Translations under genes and position numbers: made by a program
In this document: positions 30,166 through 38,131 of the stretch, in pieces
Numbering within the stretch: the first letter of the stretch is position 1
Layout of the letters: each line of letters begins with the position of its first letter
Notes under the pieces: model-generated
The model's input: the letters and a program-made list of their open reading frames with translations, nothing else
Databases searched by the model: none
Told to the model about the DNA's origin: nothing
Assembly (NCBI GenBank): GCA_037382465.1
Contig: JARRPX010000005.1
Coordinates: forward strand, 6,224-70,223
DNA from: Anaerolineales bacterium
GTDB lineage: Bacteria; Chloroflexota; Anaerolineae; Anaerolineales; E44-bin32
Length of the DNA: 64,000 nucleotides
Direction: 5' to 3'

Positions 30166-31221
30166 ATGATGAACAAAACCAAAAACAAAACAGCGCTCGA
30201 TGTTCTCGAGAAGGATGCTCTTATCGTCATAACCGGAGCCGGGGGGTTTATTGCCGGCGCGTTGACTCGCCATTTTCATGACCAGGGTTTTACGCGCATC
30301 CGGGCCATCGATCGAAAGCCGCTGCCGTACTGGTTTCAGAGGGTGCCCGGCGTGGAATGCCTCTCGATGGATTTGCGAGAAAAGCAAAATTGTATCCGCG
30401 CAGTGGAAGGCGCCGTCGAGGTTTTCAATCTGGCGGCGGACATGGGCGGGATGGGATTTATCGAGCATTTTCGCGTGGAATGTTTGCGCAGCATCCTGAT
30501 CAATACGCATCTCCTGGAGGCGGCTTATCGCGCAGGGGTGAATCGCTATTTCTTTTCCTCTTCGGCATGCGCCTACAACACGCAGCTGCAGCAGGATCCA
30601 CATGTGCGTGCACTAAAAGAATCCGATGCCTATCCGGCGATGGCGGAACGGGGCTATGGATGGGAAAAGTTGATGTCGGAGATGTTCTGCCAGGAATATA
30701 CGGCGGAGCGCGGCTTGAATACCGCCATCGCCCGCTTCCACAATGTGTATGGGCCTTTCGGAACGTGGGACGGTGGGCGCGAGAAAGCGCCGGCCGCCAT
30801 CTGCAGGAAGGTGATCGAGGCGAAGGAATCCGGGAAGAACGAGATCGTCATCTGGGGAGACGGGACGCAGACACGCAGTTTCATGTACATTGACGACTGT
30901 GTGGAGGGGATCGACATGATCATGCATTGCGACCGCCTGATCGCGACGCCGATCAATCTCGGCTCCAGCGAATTGCTCTCCATTAACGAGCTCGTAAGCC
31001 TGGCAGAGGAAATCGGCGGCGTCAAGCTGGAGCGCAAATATGACCTGGATGCGCCGCGCGGCGTGGCCGGACGTAATAGCGATAACACGTTTATAAAGGA
31101 AGTGTTAAACTGGGAACCCACCACGCCATTCCGTGAAGGTCTTCGTAAAACGTATGCCTGGATCGAGACGCAATTCCAAGACCGTAAAGCCGGCCGGCAT
31201 ACCGTCGAAGAAGTCTACTAG
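30166..31221 (+). CDS. GDP-mannose 3,5-epimerase-like NAD-dependent epimerase (SDR superfamily)
   Basis: ITGAGGFIAG Rossmann motif, SSACAY, YGWEKL (YxxxK) and the very characteristic RFHNVYGPFGTWDGGREKAPAAICRK block, which matches plant GME (RFHNIYGPFGTWKGGREKAPAAFCRK). Confidence 0.85.
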   Translation: MMNKTKNKTALDVLEKDALIVITGAGGFIAGALTRHFHDQGFTRIRAIDRKPLPYWFQRVPGVECLSMDLREKQNCIRAVEGAVEVFNLAADMGGMGFIEHFRVECLRSILINTHLLEAAYRAGVNRYFFSSSACAYNTQLQQDPHVRALKESDAYPAMAERGYGWEKLMSEMFCQEYTAERGLNTAIARFHNVYGPFGTWDGGREKAPAAICRKVIEAKESGKNEIVIWGDGTQTRSFMYIDDCVEGIDMIMHCDRLIATPINLGSSELLSINELVSLAEEIGGVKLERKYDLDAPRGVAGRNSDNTFIKEVLNWEPTTPFREGLRKTYAWIETQFQDRKAGRHTVEEVY

Positions 31222-31252
31222 GCCCTTTACCTTCTTACATCAGGAAAGTCAT

Positions 31253-32062
31253 ATGACTACATCACGGACGAATGAGAACACTGATGTCATCGGTAAAATC
31301 CCCTATCGAATGGCTTTCGCGGGAGGCTGGATCGATCAACCTTTCGTTTCGCAATTCAACCCGGAACCACCGGGGTCGATGGTTGTAGTATCGATAGAAC
31401 CTACTATTCGTTTCATGGATCGCTGTGGGATGGCGACCAGCACGCGCGAAGTGGCGAAGCGTCTGTGGAATGGTGTTATTCCCGATCGGGCTCCTGCGGA
31501 ATTGGTGCGTGAGCTGTATGCCGAGGAAAATAAGGACAAGCCGGAGCCATCCGGTTCGCAGGATATGGCGGGTTTGCTTTATCCTGGGATCAGCCGGCTG
31601 GATTATGACTTCGCCTACGAGGGAGGTATTTTTCCCGTTCACGTGGAATCGAACAACGATCCTGTTGTTGCAAGCTGGCTGGAAGATGTACTCCATCTGA
31701 TTCCGGTAGCCATGAGGTCGGCCCATTACAATCCGTTGGGTGTAAAGAATCTATCCCCCGAATGGATAGCCCGTTTGGGAAAGACCGGACGAGATTGCTT
31801 TGACGCGATCCTGGCACGCGATGTTATCGGGCTTGGCGCTTCGATGAATGAATGCATGCAATGCTGGGAGACCATTCTGCCGCATACCGTTACTCATCCT
31901 GAAATCACTGTTGATTTGAAATCTCTCTTGACACGCTACCAGACGCAATACGAGGGAGCGATGTATTCCGGATGCGGTGGCGGGTATCTGTACGTAGTAT
32001 CGGAAGAGAACATCCCCGGAACCTTAAAAGTCAAGATTCGGATTACGCCTCGAGATGAGTGA
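31253..32062 (+). CDS. Short GHMP-kinase-like protein (fucokinase/HddA-like), motifs divergent
   Basis: AGGAAAG RBS, with ATG 31253 just after the GME stop. RMAFAGGWIDQP (compare R.sLaGGGTD.P), GSQDMAGLLYPGI (compare GGWQDQ..GLYPG of fucokinase) and C-terminal SGCGGGYLYVV (compare GAGGGGF). Confidence 0.6.
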   Translation: MTTSRTNENTDVIGKIPYRMAFAGGWIDQPFVSQFNPEPPGSMVVVSIEPTIRFMDRCGMATSTREVAKRLWNGVIPDRAPAELVRELYAEENKDKPEPSGSQDMAGLLYPGISRLDYDFAYEGGIFPVHVESNNDPVVASWLEDVLHLIPVAMRSAHYNPLGVKNLSPEWIARLGKTGRDCFDAILARDVIGLGASMNECMQCWETILPHTVTHPEITVDLKSLLTRYQTQYEGAMYSGCGGGYLYVVSEENIPGTLKVKIRITPRDE

Positions 32063-32876
32063 AAAGACCGTCTTCGTTAGCGGCAGTTTTTTCGGCATGC
32101 AATCACCGGCTATCCGTTTTTTAGAGGAGGCAGCCAAGCTGGGGAGTGTCCACGTGCTGCTGTGGGTGGACGAACCCGACGAAGCTGTGCCCCGCGGATC
32201 GATGAAATTCACAGTAGAGGAGCGTCAATACCTACTGGCAAACAACCGTTATGTATCTTCCGTGACGATCGCGGAAGAAGACGAGGGACGGCTTGACCTT
32301 CCTCTGCAGAATGAGGTCCGGCCTGATATTTGGGCGGTGCGCGAGAAAGATGACCTGGAGCCTCGGCGTGCATTTTGCGATAGGCATGACATTCAATACA
32401 GCGTCATCAAGGACAGCGACTTGGCGGGATTTCCATATCTCCCAATACCACGCAAGCCTCCCGGGAGAAAGAAAGTTGTGGTCACCGGCTGCTTTGATTG
32501 GTTCCATTCCGGCCATGTTCGCTTTTTCGAGGAGGCGTCAGATTATGGAGATCTTTACGTGGTGGTCGGAAACGACAGCAATCTGCGTCTACTTAAAGGA
32601 AAGGAGCACCCTCTGTTTTCTCAGGAGGAGCGGCGCTACGTCGTGCAATCCGTTCGATTTGTCACGCAAGCCCTGATCTCCACCGGCGCGGGATGGATGG
32701 ACGCCGAGCCGGAGATCGAACGCATCCAGCCGGATATCTACATCGTCAACGAGGATGGGGATCAACCTGAGAAAAGAGAGTTTTGCAGGCAGCATGGATT
32801 GGAATACGTGGTCCTCAAGCGGGAGCCGAAACCCGGCTTACCTCGGCGGAGCAGCACGAATCTGAGGGGTTTCTAA
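32055..32876 (+). CDS. Tandem cytidylyltransferase-like (HxGH nucleotidyltransferase) protein; the N-terminal copy is degenerate
   Basis: C-terminal half: VVTGCFDWFHSGHVRFFEEASDYGDLYVVVGND...RRSSTNLR resembles TagD/RfaE-II. N-terminal half: VFVSGSFFGMQSPAIRFLEEAAKLGSVHVLLWVD aligns to it but lacks HxGH. The start overlaps the kinase stop (ATGAGTGA). Confidence 0.7.
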   Translation: MSEKTVFVSGSFFGMQSPAIRFLEEAAKLGSVHVLLWVDEPDEAVPRGSMKFTVEERQYLLANNRYVSSVTIAEEDEGRLDLPLQNEVRPDIWAVREKDDLEPRRAFCDRHDIQYSVIKDSDLAGFPYLPIPRKPPGRKKVVVTGCFDWFHSGHVRFFEEASDYGDLYVVVGNDSNLRLLKGKEHPLFSQEERRYVVQSVRFVTQALISTGAGWMDAEPEIERIQPDIYIVNEDGDQPEKREFCRQHGLEYVVLKREPKPGLPRRSSTNLRGF

Positions 32877-33970
32877 TGAGCAGGCAGAACGCCGGTGTGT
32901 TTTATGCAGTCATTATGGCGGGGGGGAGTGGGACGCGGCTGTGGCCGATGAGCCGCCGCAACCGTCCGAAGCAATCGTTGAAGCTGTTTGGAGAGAGGAC
33001 GCTTTTCCAGCAAGCGGTAGATCGCCTGCAGCCGTTGTTCTCTCCGGCTGAAATTTTGGTGGTTACCAAGTCGGACCTTGTCCCCTTGTTGCGGGATCAA
33101 TCCCCCGAATTGCCTGCCGAAAATTTCATCGTGGAACCGGAAGGCCGCGGGACGGCACCGGCTTTGGGTCTGGCAGCCATTCACCTGCAAAGGCGCGACC
33201 CGGAGGCGATAATGGCCGTGATGACCGCAGACCACTTCATCGCCGATGCAGCACCCTTTCGTAAGTTGCTGGCGGGCGCGCAAATCGCCGCGAGGTCCGA
33301 TTATTTGGTGACGTTTGGGATCATACCCACCTTCGCTTCCAGCGGATATGGTTACATCGAGAAAGGGGAAAGCCTCCCGCTTGAATCGGATCAGCCGGTT
33401 TTTCGAGTGCAGCGGTTCGTCGAAAAGCCGGACGTCGAAGATGCGGTTCGGATGGCGGCCAGTGGAAAATTCCTCTGGAACAGTGGGATGTTCACCTGGC
33501 GTGTGAAATGTTTGCTGGATGAATTACGTCGACAAATGCCGGATTTTTATACCCAACTTATGCAGGTCGAAGCCTCATTGCAAGATCCTGAGGAATATAC
33601 GACAGTCATCGGGCGAGTTTGGCCGCAAGTTGCTGAACAAACCATCGACTATGGCGTCATGGAAGGGGCGCGAAATGTGGCGGTGATTCCCACCCAGATC
33701 GGCTGGATCGATGTCGGAAGCTGGTCGAGTCTTTTCGAGTTGATGCCTTGCGATTCGCTGGGAAATGTGCTTGTCGGGCCTCATGAAACCATCAATACGC
33801 GTAACACGTTGGTGATGGGCAATGAGCGTCTGATCGCGACAATCGGGGTGGAAAACCTGGTGATTGTCGACACGGAAGATGCGCTGCTTGTTTGTTCGAG
33901 GGACGACGTGCAGGACGTGCGCCTCATCGTCAAAAATCTGAAGAGGGCCGGGCAAATCTCTTGGATTTAG
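32876..33970 (+). CDS. manC: Mannose-1-phosphate guanylyltransferase (GDP-mannose pyrophosphorylase)
   Basis: AVIMAGGSGTRLWPMSRRNRPKQ, FGIIPTFASSGYGYIE, RFVEKP, WNSGMF and DVGSW. The ATG at 32876 overlaps the previous stop (TAATG); the ORF-track start at 32783 is too long. Confidence 0.9.
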   Translation: MSRQNAGVFYAVIMAGGSGTRLWPMSRRNRPKQSLKLFGERTLFQQAVDRLQPLFSPAEILVVTKSDLVPLLRDQSPELPAENFIVEPEGRGTAPALGLAAIHLQRRDPEAIMAVMTADHFIADAAPFRKLLAGAQIAARSDYLVTFGIIPTFASSGYGYIEKGESLPLESDQPVFRVQRFVEKPDVEDAVRMAASGKFLWNSGMFTWRVKCLLDELRRQMPDFYTQLMQVEASLQDPEEYTTVIGRVWPQVAEQTIDYGVMEGARNVAVIPTQIGWIDVGSWSSLFELMPCDSLGNVLVGPHETINTRNTLVMGNERLIATIGVENLVIVDTEDALLVCSRDDVQDVRLIVKNLKRAGQISWI

Positions 33971-33980
33971 GAGGATAACC

Positions 33981-34229
33981 ATGATTAAGCTGCGGGCAGC
34001 GTATGGCGGCGCGTACATTGCCTGGGTCGATAGGAGAGTGCCGCAGCGCATCAACCCCGTTGATCCGGTAGAATTACGCCACCGCAATTCGTCCCCGCTG
34101 ACCTGGAAGAATTACACCGCTGCATGGAATCGGATATTTCTTTGTATAGCGTCGATACACCTTCGAAAAACCTCCAGTAAACTATCACGGCTCAGATCTT
34201 TGTGGAAGCCTTACTTGAATTCTAATTAG
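33981..34229 (+). CDS. Possible 82-aa basic small protein (hypothetical)
   Basis: A perfect AGGAGG (33969..33974) lies 6 nt before the ATG, immediately after the manC stop. No motif recognised. Confidence 0.25.
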   Translation: MIKLRAAYGGAYIAWVDRRVPQRINPVDPVELRHRNSSPLTWKNYTAAWNRIFLCIASIHLRKTSSKLSRLRSLWKPYLNSN

Positions 34230-34233
34230 AATT
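34218..34233. promoter_or_regulatory. 16-bp perfect AT-rich palindrome upstream of the hybrid kinase gene
   Basis: aattctaattagaatt is self-complementary. It lies 180 nt upstream of ATG 34413. Confidence 0.3.
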
Positions 34234-34412
34234 GAAATTGACGAATGAACGTTATTCTGGCCGATGTATTGCCCATCCAGGCTGGTCAGGCAGTCATCCA
34301 ATTGGCGGGCAGGATGATAGGTTTCGGTTAATCGAGCTAACAAGCTCATCCGCTTGAGAAGGAATTCCAAAATGTGGTACTTCCCTGAAAGGCGACCGGG
34401 AGGAAGCTGAAT

Positions 34413-36626
34413 ATGAGGATAAAGACTTTCTGGCAACGCATCTCGGCTACTTCCACCTCTGAGGAATTAGATGAATTCCGGCGCGGCATGGTTTTATCCA
34501 TTGCCGTGGCAATGGGATTGGTTAGTTGGCCTTTTCTGTGGGCTTCCTTACATTACCATCAAATAGGCTATTTTTGGGTGTCCGCTATGCTGGCCGTGGG
34601 CGCCATGGCGGGAGCCAGGTTGCGCGCCGCTCACCTGCGGAGGGCGCTCGTTTGCATCATTCTGACCCTCATGGGCGCGATTGTCTCCCTGAAAATATTC
34701 TACCCGGACAGCCTGGCGCAATATTATTTTCCGCTTGTGGTGATTGTAGCCGGTCTGCTCGAATCGAATTTAAGCGTCTTTGTCGTAGCTACGATAGCCG
34801 CGATTACGGCCGCAAGCGTTGCCCGCCTGCATGGCGCCGGTTGGCTTGATTATTCCGAAAGCATCACGCCGAACATTCTTATCTATTTGACCGCATTCAC
34901 CATATGGTTGAGTGCGCGCCAGCTTCTGACCGCATTGAATTGGATGCGCACGGCATACAAACAGGCACATCATCTCCTTGAACAGTTGCGCGACGAACGT
35001 GCGTCGCTGGCTCGAACGCTCAAACAGCTGGAAGAAGCATACCAGCGTATTGAAAAAATGAACTACGCGTTGATAGAAGCCCACAGCGCTGCCGAGGAGG
35101 CACGCCGGCTCAAGACAGAATTTGCTGCCAATATCAGCCACGAACTACGCACACCCTTGAACATCATTATTGGTTTCAGCGAAACGATGGCCAACGCACC
35201 GGAAACCTACGCCGGCGTCACTTGGTCTCCCACGCTGCGCGGCGATGTCGATCAAATCTACCAGAGCAGTCGCCACCTGTTATCGCTCATCGACGATATC
35301 CTCGACCTGACGGCGCTGGATATGCACCGATTGGGGATAACCATTGAGGAAACCGCGATCGAGACGGTCATTGAAGAAGCTGTGGCCGTGGTACAGGACA
35401 TCTTCCATGTCAAGAATCTGTACCTGCAGGTCCAGGTTATGCCAGGTTTGCCGTTGTTGCGTATCGACGCCACACGTATTCGTCAAGTGTTGATTAACCT
35501 TTTGACCAACGCCAGCCGGTTTACGACCACCGGCGGTGTCACCATCACCGCTCAACTGACGGGGCACGCCGTACAAGTGGCGGTGGCCGATACCGGCATT
35601 GGAATAGCGCCGGAAGACGTCGATAAGGTCTTTGATGAATTTGGCCAGGTGGACAGTTCCATCCGCCGCAAACAGGAAGGTTCAGGTTTAGGTGTCCCTC
35701 TTAGCAAACGCCTGGTTGAACTGCATCACGGGCGGATGTGGCTGGAGAGTCAACCGGACCAGGGATCGACGTTTTATTTTACCCTGCCGACACTCGATCA
35801 AATGCAGCCGGTGCGGGAACAGAGAAAATTAGATAAAAGTCCGGCGGCCTTGCCGGGTCATAAAACTGTGTTGATGGTTGAACCTGACCCAATGCTGCTT
35901 AACATCGTGCGACGCCACTTGAACCAGTGCGAGGTAGTCAAAGTTGATCGTCCGACAGGCCTGACCGAGTTGACTGAGCAGTATCACCCCACCGCGCTCA
36001 TTATCGATCACCAGGACGCAGCTGGCGACGTGCCAGACTTCTCCGTATCACCGGATTTACCCGTCATACTGGTTCGGCTGCCCAATCAAATGCATAATGC
36101 GCAAGCGCTGGGTATCCGAGAATTTCTGATCAAACCCATCACGCGAGAGCGATTGCTCGAGGCCATCGCCGAAATAGGACAACCAATGCGCAGTGTGCTC
36201 ATTGTTGCTGAAGATCCGGCCTTGGTGGAATTGGTCAGCCGTATGCTGCAAGTTGGCGGCTCTTACCGCATCCTCAAGGCCTGGGACGAGACGGAGGCTT
36301 TGGCACTCCTGCGGCGCGAGAAGATTGACCTGGTGCTGTTGGATTGGCTGATGGCGGAAGTCACCAACCTGACGATGTTGCAGGAGATCCAGAGTCAACC
36401 CGAATTAGCCGACATCCCCGTGATCGTGCTTGGAAGCGAATACCCCGACACGCAGATGCCGGAAGGAGGCTTGGATTTACGGCTGGTCCGGTCTGAAAAA
36501 GCGTCGGTGGCGGAAATGGTCAAATATCTGGATATTCTGGTGGGGGCATTGCCTCTGCGGGGGCTCCCGGCTTTATCAGCTGTTCAACCTGTGCCAGCAA
36601 CGTCAATCGTTCCACCGGTTTCTTGA
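34413..36626 (+). CDS. Hybrid sensor histidine kinase (multi-TM input, HisKA, HATPase_c, two C-terminal receiver-like domains)
   Basis: About 5 N-terminal TM helices. FAANISHELRTPLNIIIGFSE H-box. NLLTNASRFT, DTGIGI and GSGLGV. Then VLMVEPD...LIIDHQD and VLIVAEDP...LVLLDWLM receiver motifs. Confidence 0.9.
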   Translation: MRIKTFWQRISATSTSEELDEFRRGMVLSIAVAMGLVSWPFLWASLHYHQIGYFWVSAMLAVGAMAGARLRAAHLRRALVCIILTLMGAIVSLKIFYPDSLAQYYFPLVVIVAGLLESNLSVFVVATIAAITAASVARLHGAGWLDYSESITPNILIYLTAFTIWLSARQLLTALNWMRTAYKQAHHLLEQLRDERASLARTLKQLEEAYQRIEKMNYALIEAHSAAEEARRLKTEFAANISHELRTPLNIIIGFSETMANAPETYAGVTWSPTLRGDVDQIYQSSRHLLSLIDDILDLTALDMHRLGITIEETAIETVIEEAVAVVQDIFHVKNLYLQVQVMPGLPLLRIDATRIRQVLINLLTNASRFTTTGGVTITAQLTGHAVQVAVADTGIGIAPEDVDKVFDEFGQVDSSIRRKQEGSGLGVPLSKRLVELHHGRMWLESQPDQGSTFYFTLPTLDQMQPVREQRKLDKSPAALPGHKTVLMVEPDPMLLNIVRRHLNQCEVVKVDRPTGLTELTEQYHPTALIIDHQDAAGDVPDFSVSPDLPVILVRLPNQMHNAQALGIREFLIKPITRERLLEAIAEIGQPMRSVLIVAEDPALVELVSRMLQVGGSYRILKAWDETEALALLRREKIDLVLLDWLMAEVTNLTMLQEIQSQPELADIPVIVLGSEYPDTQMPEGGLDLRLVRSEKASVAEMVKYLDILVGALPLRGLPALSAVQPVPATSIVPPVS

Positions 36627-37845
36627 GATAAGCGTGCGCTCCCAGCGACAAGGCCAGTTTGGGCTCCTTGAGCACCGAACAGATAATAATTGGCGTGGCG
36701 GCCGTGGCTGGGTTATCTTTCAAACTACGTAATACCTGCCAGCCATCCAGATTGGGCATCATTACATCGAGTATGATCACCGCGGGGCGGGTTTCGATTA
36801 CGAGCTCCAGCACCTCTTCCCCGCCGTTGGCCATAATTACTTCGAAATGCCGGGGCGTCAGGTATCTTTCAAATAACTGCAGGATGGCCGGATTATCATC
36901 GATGACCAGCACGCGGGTCTGATCGGCCATCGGCAGGCGGATGTTTACCTTCCAATCCTTATTTTCCCCGCTTTCCACGGATAAAGATCCCCCTTGCCGC
37001 TGAATCAGCAGGCGTGGAGCTTCCCATGCGTCATCCGCGGGACGGGCAGCATCAGCCGATTTGCAAAGCAGCTGTATCTCGATGAATTTTTCTTGCTGGA
37101 CGGCGGTCAGGGATATGGCGCTGCGAGTATGTTGTATGAGCAAGCGCATCGTCATGAGTAAAGCTTGCCGGGAGAGCGTCGTATCCACATAAACCAAGGC
37201 CAACGAATTCGGCAGATCAACGTGCACATCGGCCTGCCCTTCTTCCCGGGCAGCTTTAAGCAAGCTCAAAGTATCATTCACCAATGTATGTACGTCACAA
37301 GCTTGTCGGGAAAGTTCCCACTGTTTCAACTCGTTTTCCAGATCCGGTGCAGGTACGGCAGACGCCGATTCCGCCGGGGGCGCAGCTTCTGTCTCTAAGC
37401 CATGACGTGCCCACACAATTGAGGCCAGCGCTTCCAGTCCCTTTTGGATTTCACGCTGAAGTTGGCGCCGGCTCAGACTCAATTCGCTTTCAACTTGCCC
37501 TAAGACCATGCCCTGCACATACCGGTAGCGGAGAGCCAGGTAACTGCGCCATTCCGGCGAGCGGGAAGGTTTGCCCTGTGGCGGGCGGAGTGCTTCAATC
37601 GACTCCTTCAGCAGGCTCCTCAATTCTTGGGCGCGCGTCGAGCGGTGTGTTGTGGTTACACCGGCGATGTGAGTCAGTAACGGGTGTACTTCCAGATAGG
37701 CGGTGTCGTACAAGTGCTCCAGGGCGTCTCTGATCGAATGTTGGAATTCTGAGGATTTCATTAGCGTGGCGCTACTCTGGCACGAACCTGGCGTATAGCA
37801 GGACGAAAAGTGTATATCGTAGATATTAGAAACGGATCGTAGCAC
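36520..37845 (-). CDS. Response regulator with N-terminal sigma70-region-4-like HTH, central degenerate HATPase_c-like domain and C-terminal REC; the start may be Met29 (37761)
   Basis: REC: RVLVIDDNPAIL...VIILDVMMPNLDG...IIICSV...YLKKP. N-terminus: YLALRYRYVQGMVLGQVESELSLSRRQLQREIQKGLEAL. The middle has a kinase-like N-box region but no DxGxG or GxGLG. Confidence 0.75.
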   Translation of the reverse strand: MLRSVSNIYDIHFSSCYTPGSCQSSATLMKSSEFQHSIRDALEHLYDTAYLEVHPLLTHIAGVTTTHRSTRAQELRSLLKESIEALRPPQGKPSRSPEWRSYLALRYRYVQGMVLGQVESELSLSRRQLQREIQKGLEALASIVWARHGLETEAAPPAESASAVPAPDLENELKQWELSRQACDVHTLVNDTLSLLKAAREEGQADVHVDLPNSLALVYVDTTLSRQALLMTMRLLIQHTRSAISLTAVQQEKFIEIQLLCKSADAARPADDAWEAPRLLIQRQGGSLSVESGENKDWKVNIRLPMADQTRVLVIDDNPAILQLFERYLTPRHFEVIMANGGEEVLELVIETRPAVIILDVMMPNLDGWQVLRSLKDNPATAATPIIICSVLKEPKLALSLGAHAYLKKPVERLTLLAQVEQLIKPGAPAEAMPPPEYPDI

Positions 37846-38131
37846 ATCCTAAGTCATTGGTCAATATTCACTTGCCGTTCAACGCTTTTTCAAGATTAAT
37901 ACAAGAGATGGTGTTATACGGCGAAAGCGAAGGATGAATGAAAAAGGCACGCTCGAGACCGATGCCTTATTCACATCCAGCAGTGCGCACCGACACCACA
38001 CTGACGAGTCCTCTTGAAAAAGCCACGTAGTGCACGAAGGAAGGAGGTTCGCGTCGTCAGTTGTAAGCTACCTGATTTGATGTAATTTAAATTCAACTCC
38101 CATATTCATTTCATTCAAGGAGGAGATAAGA

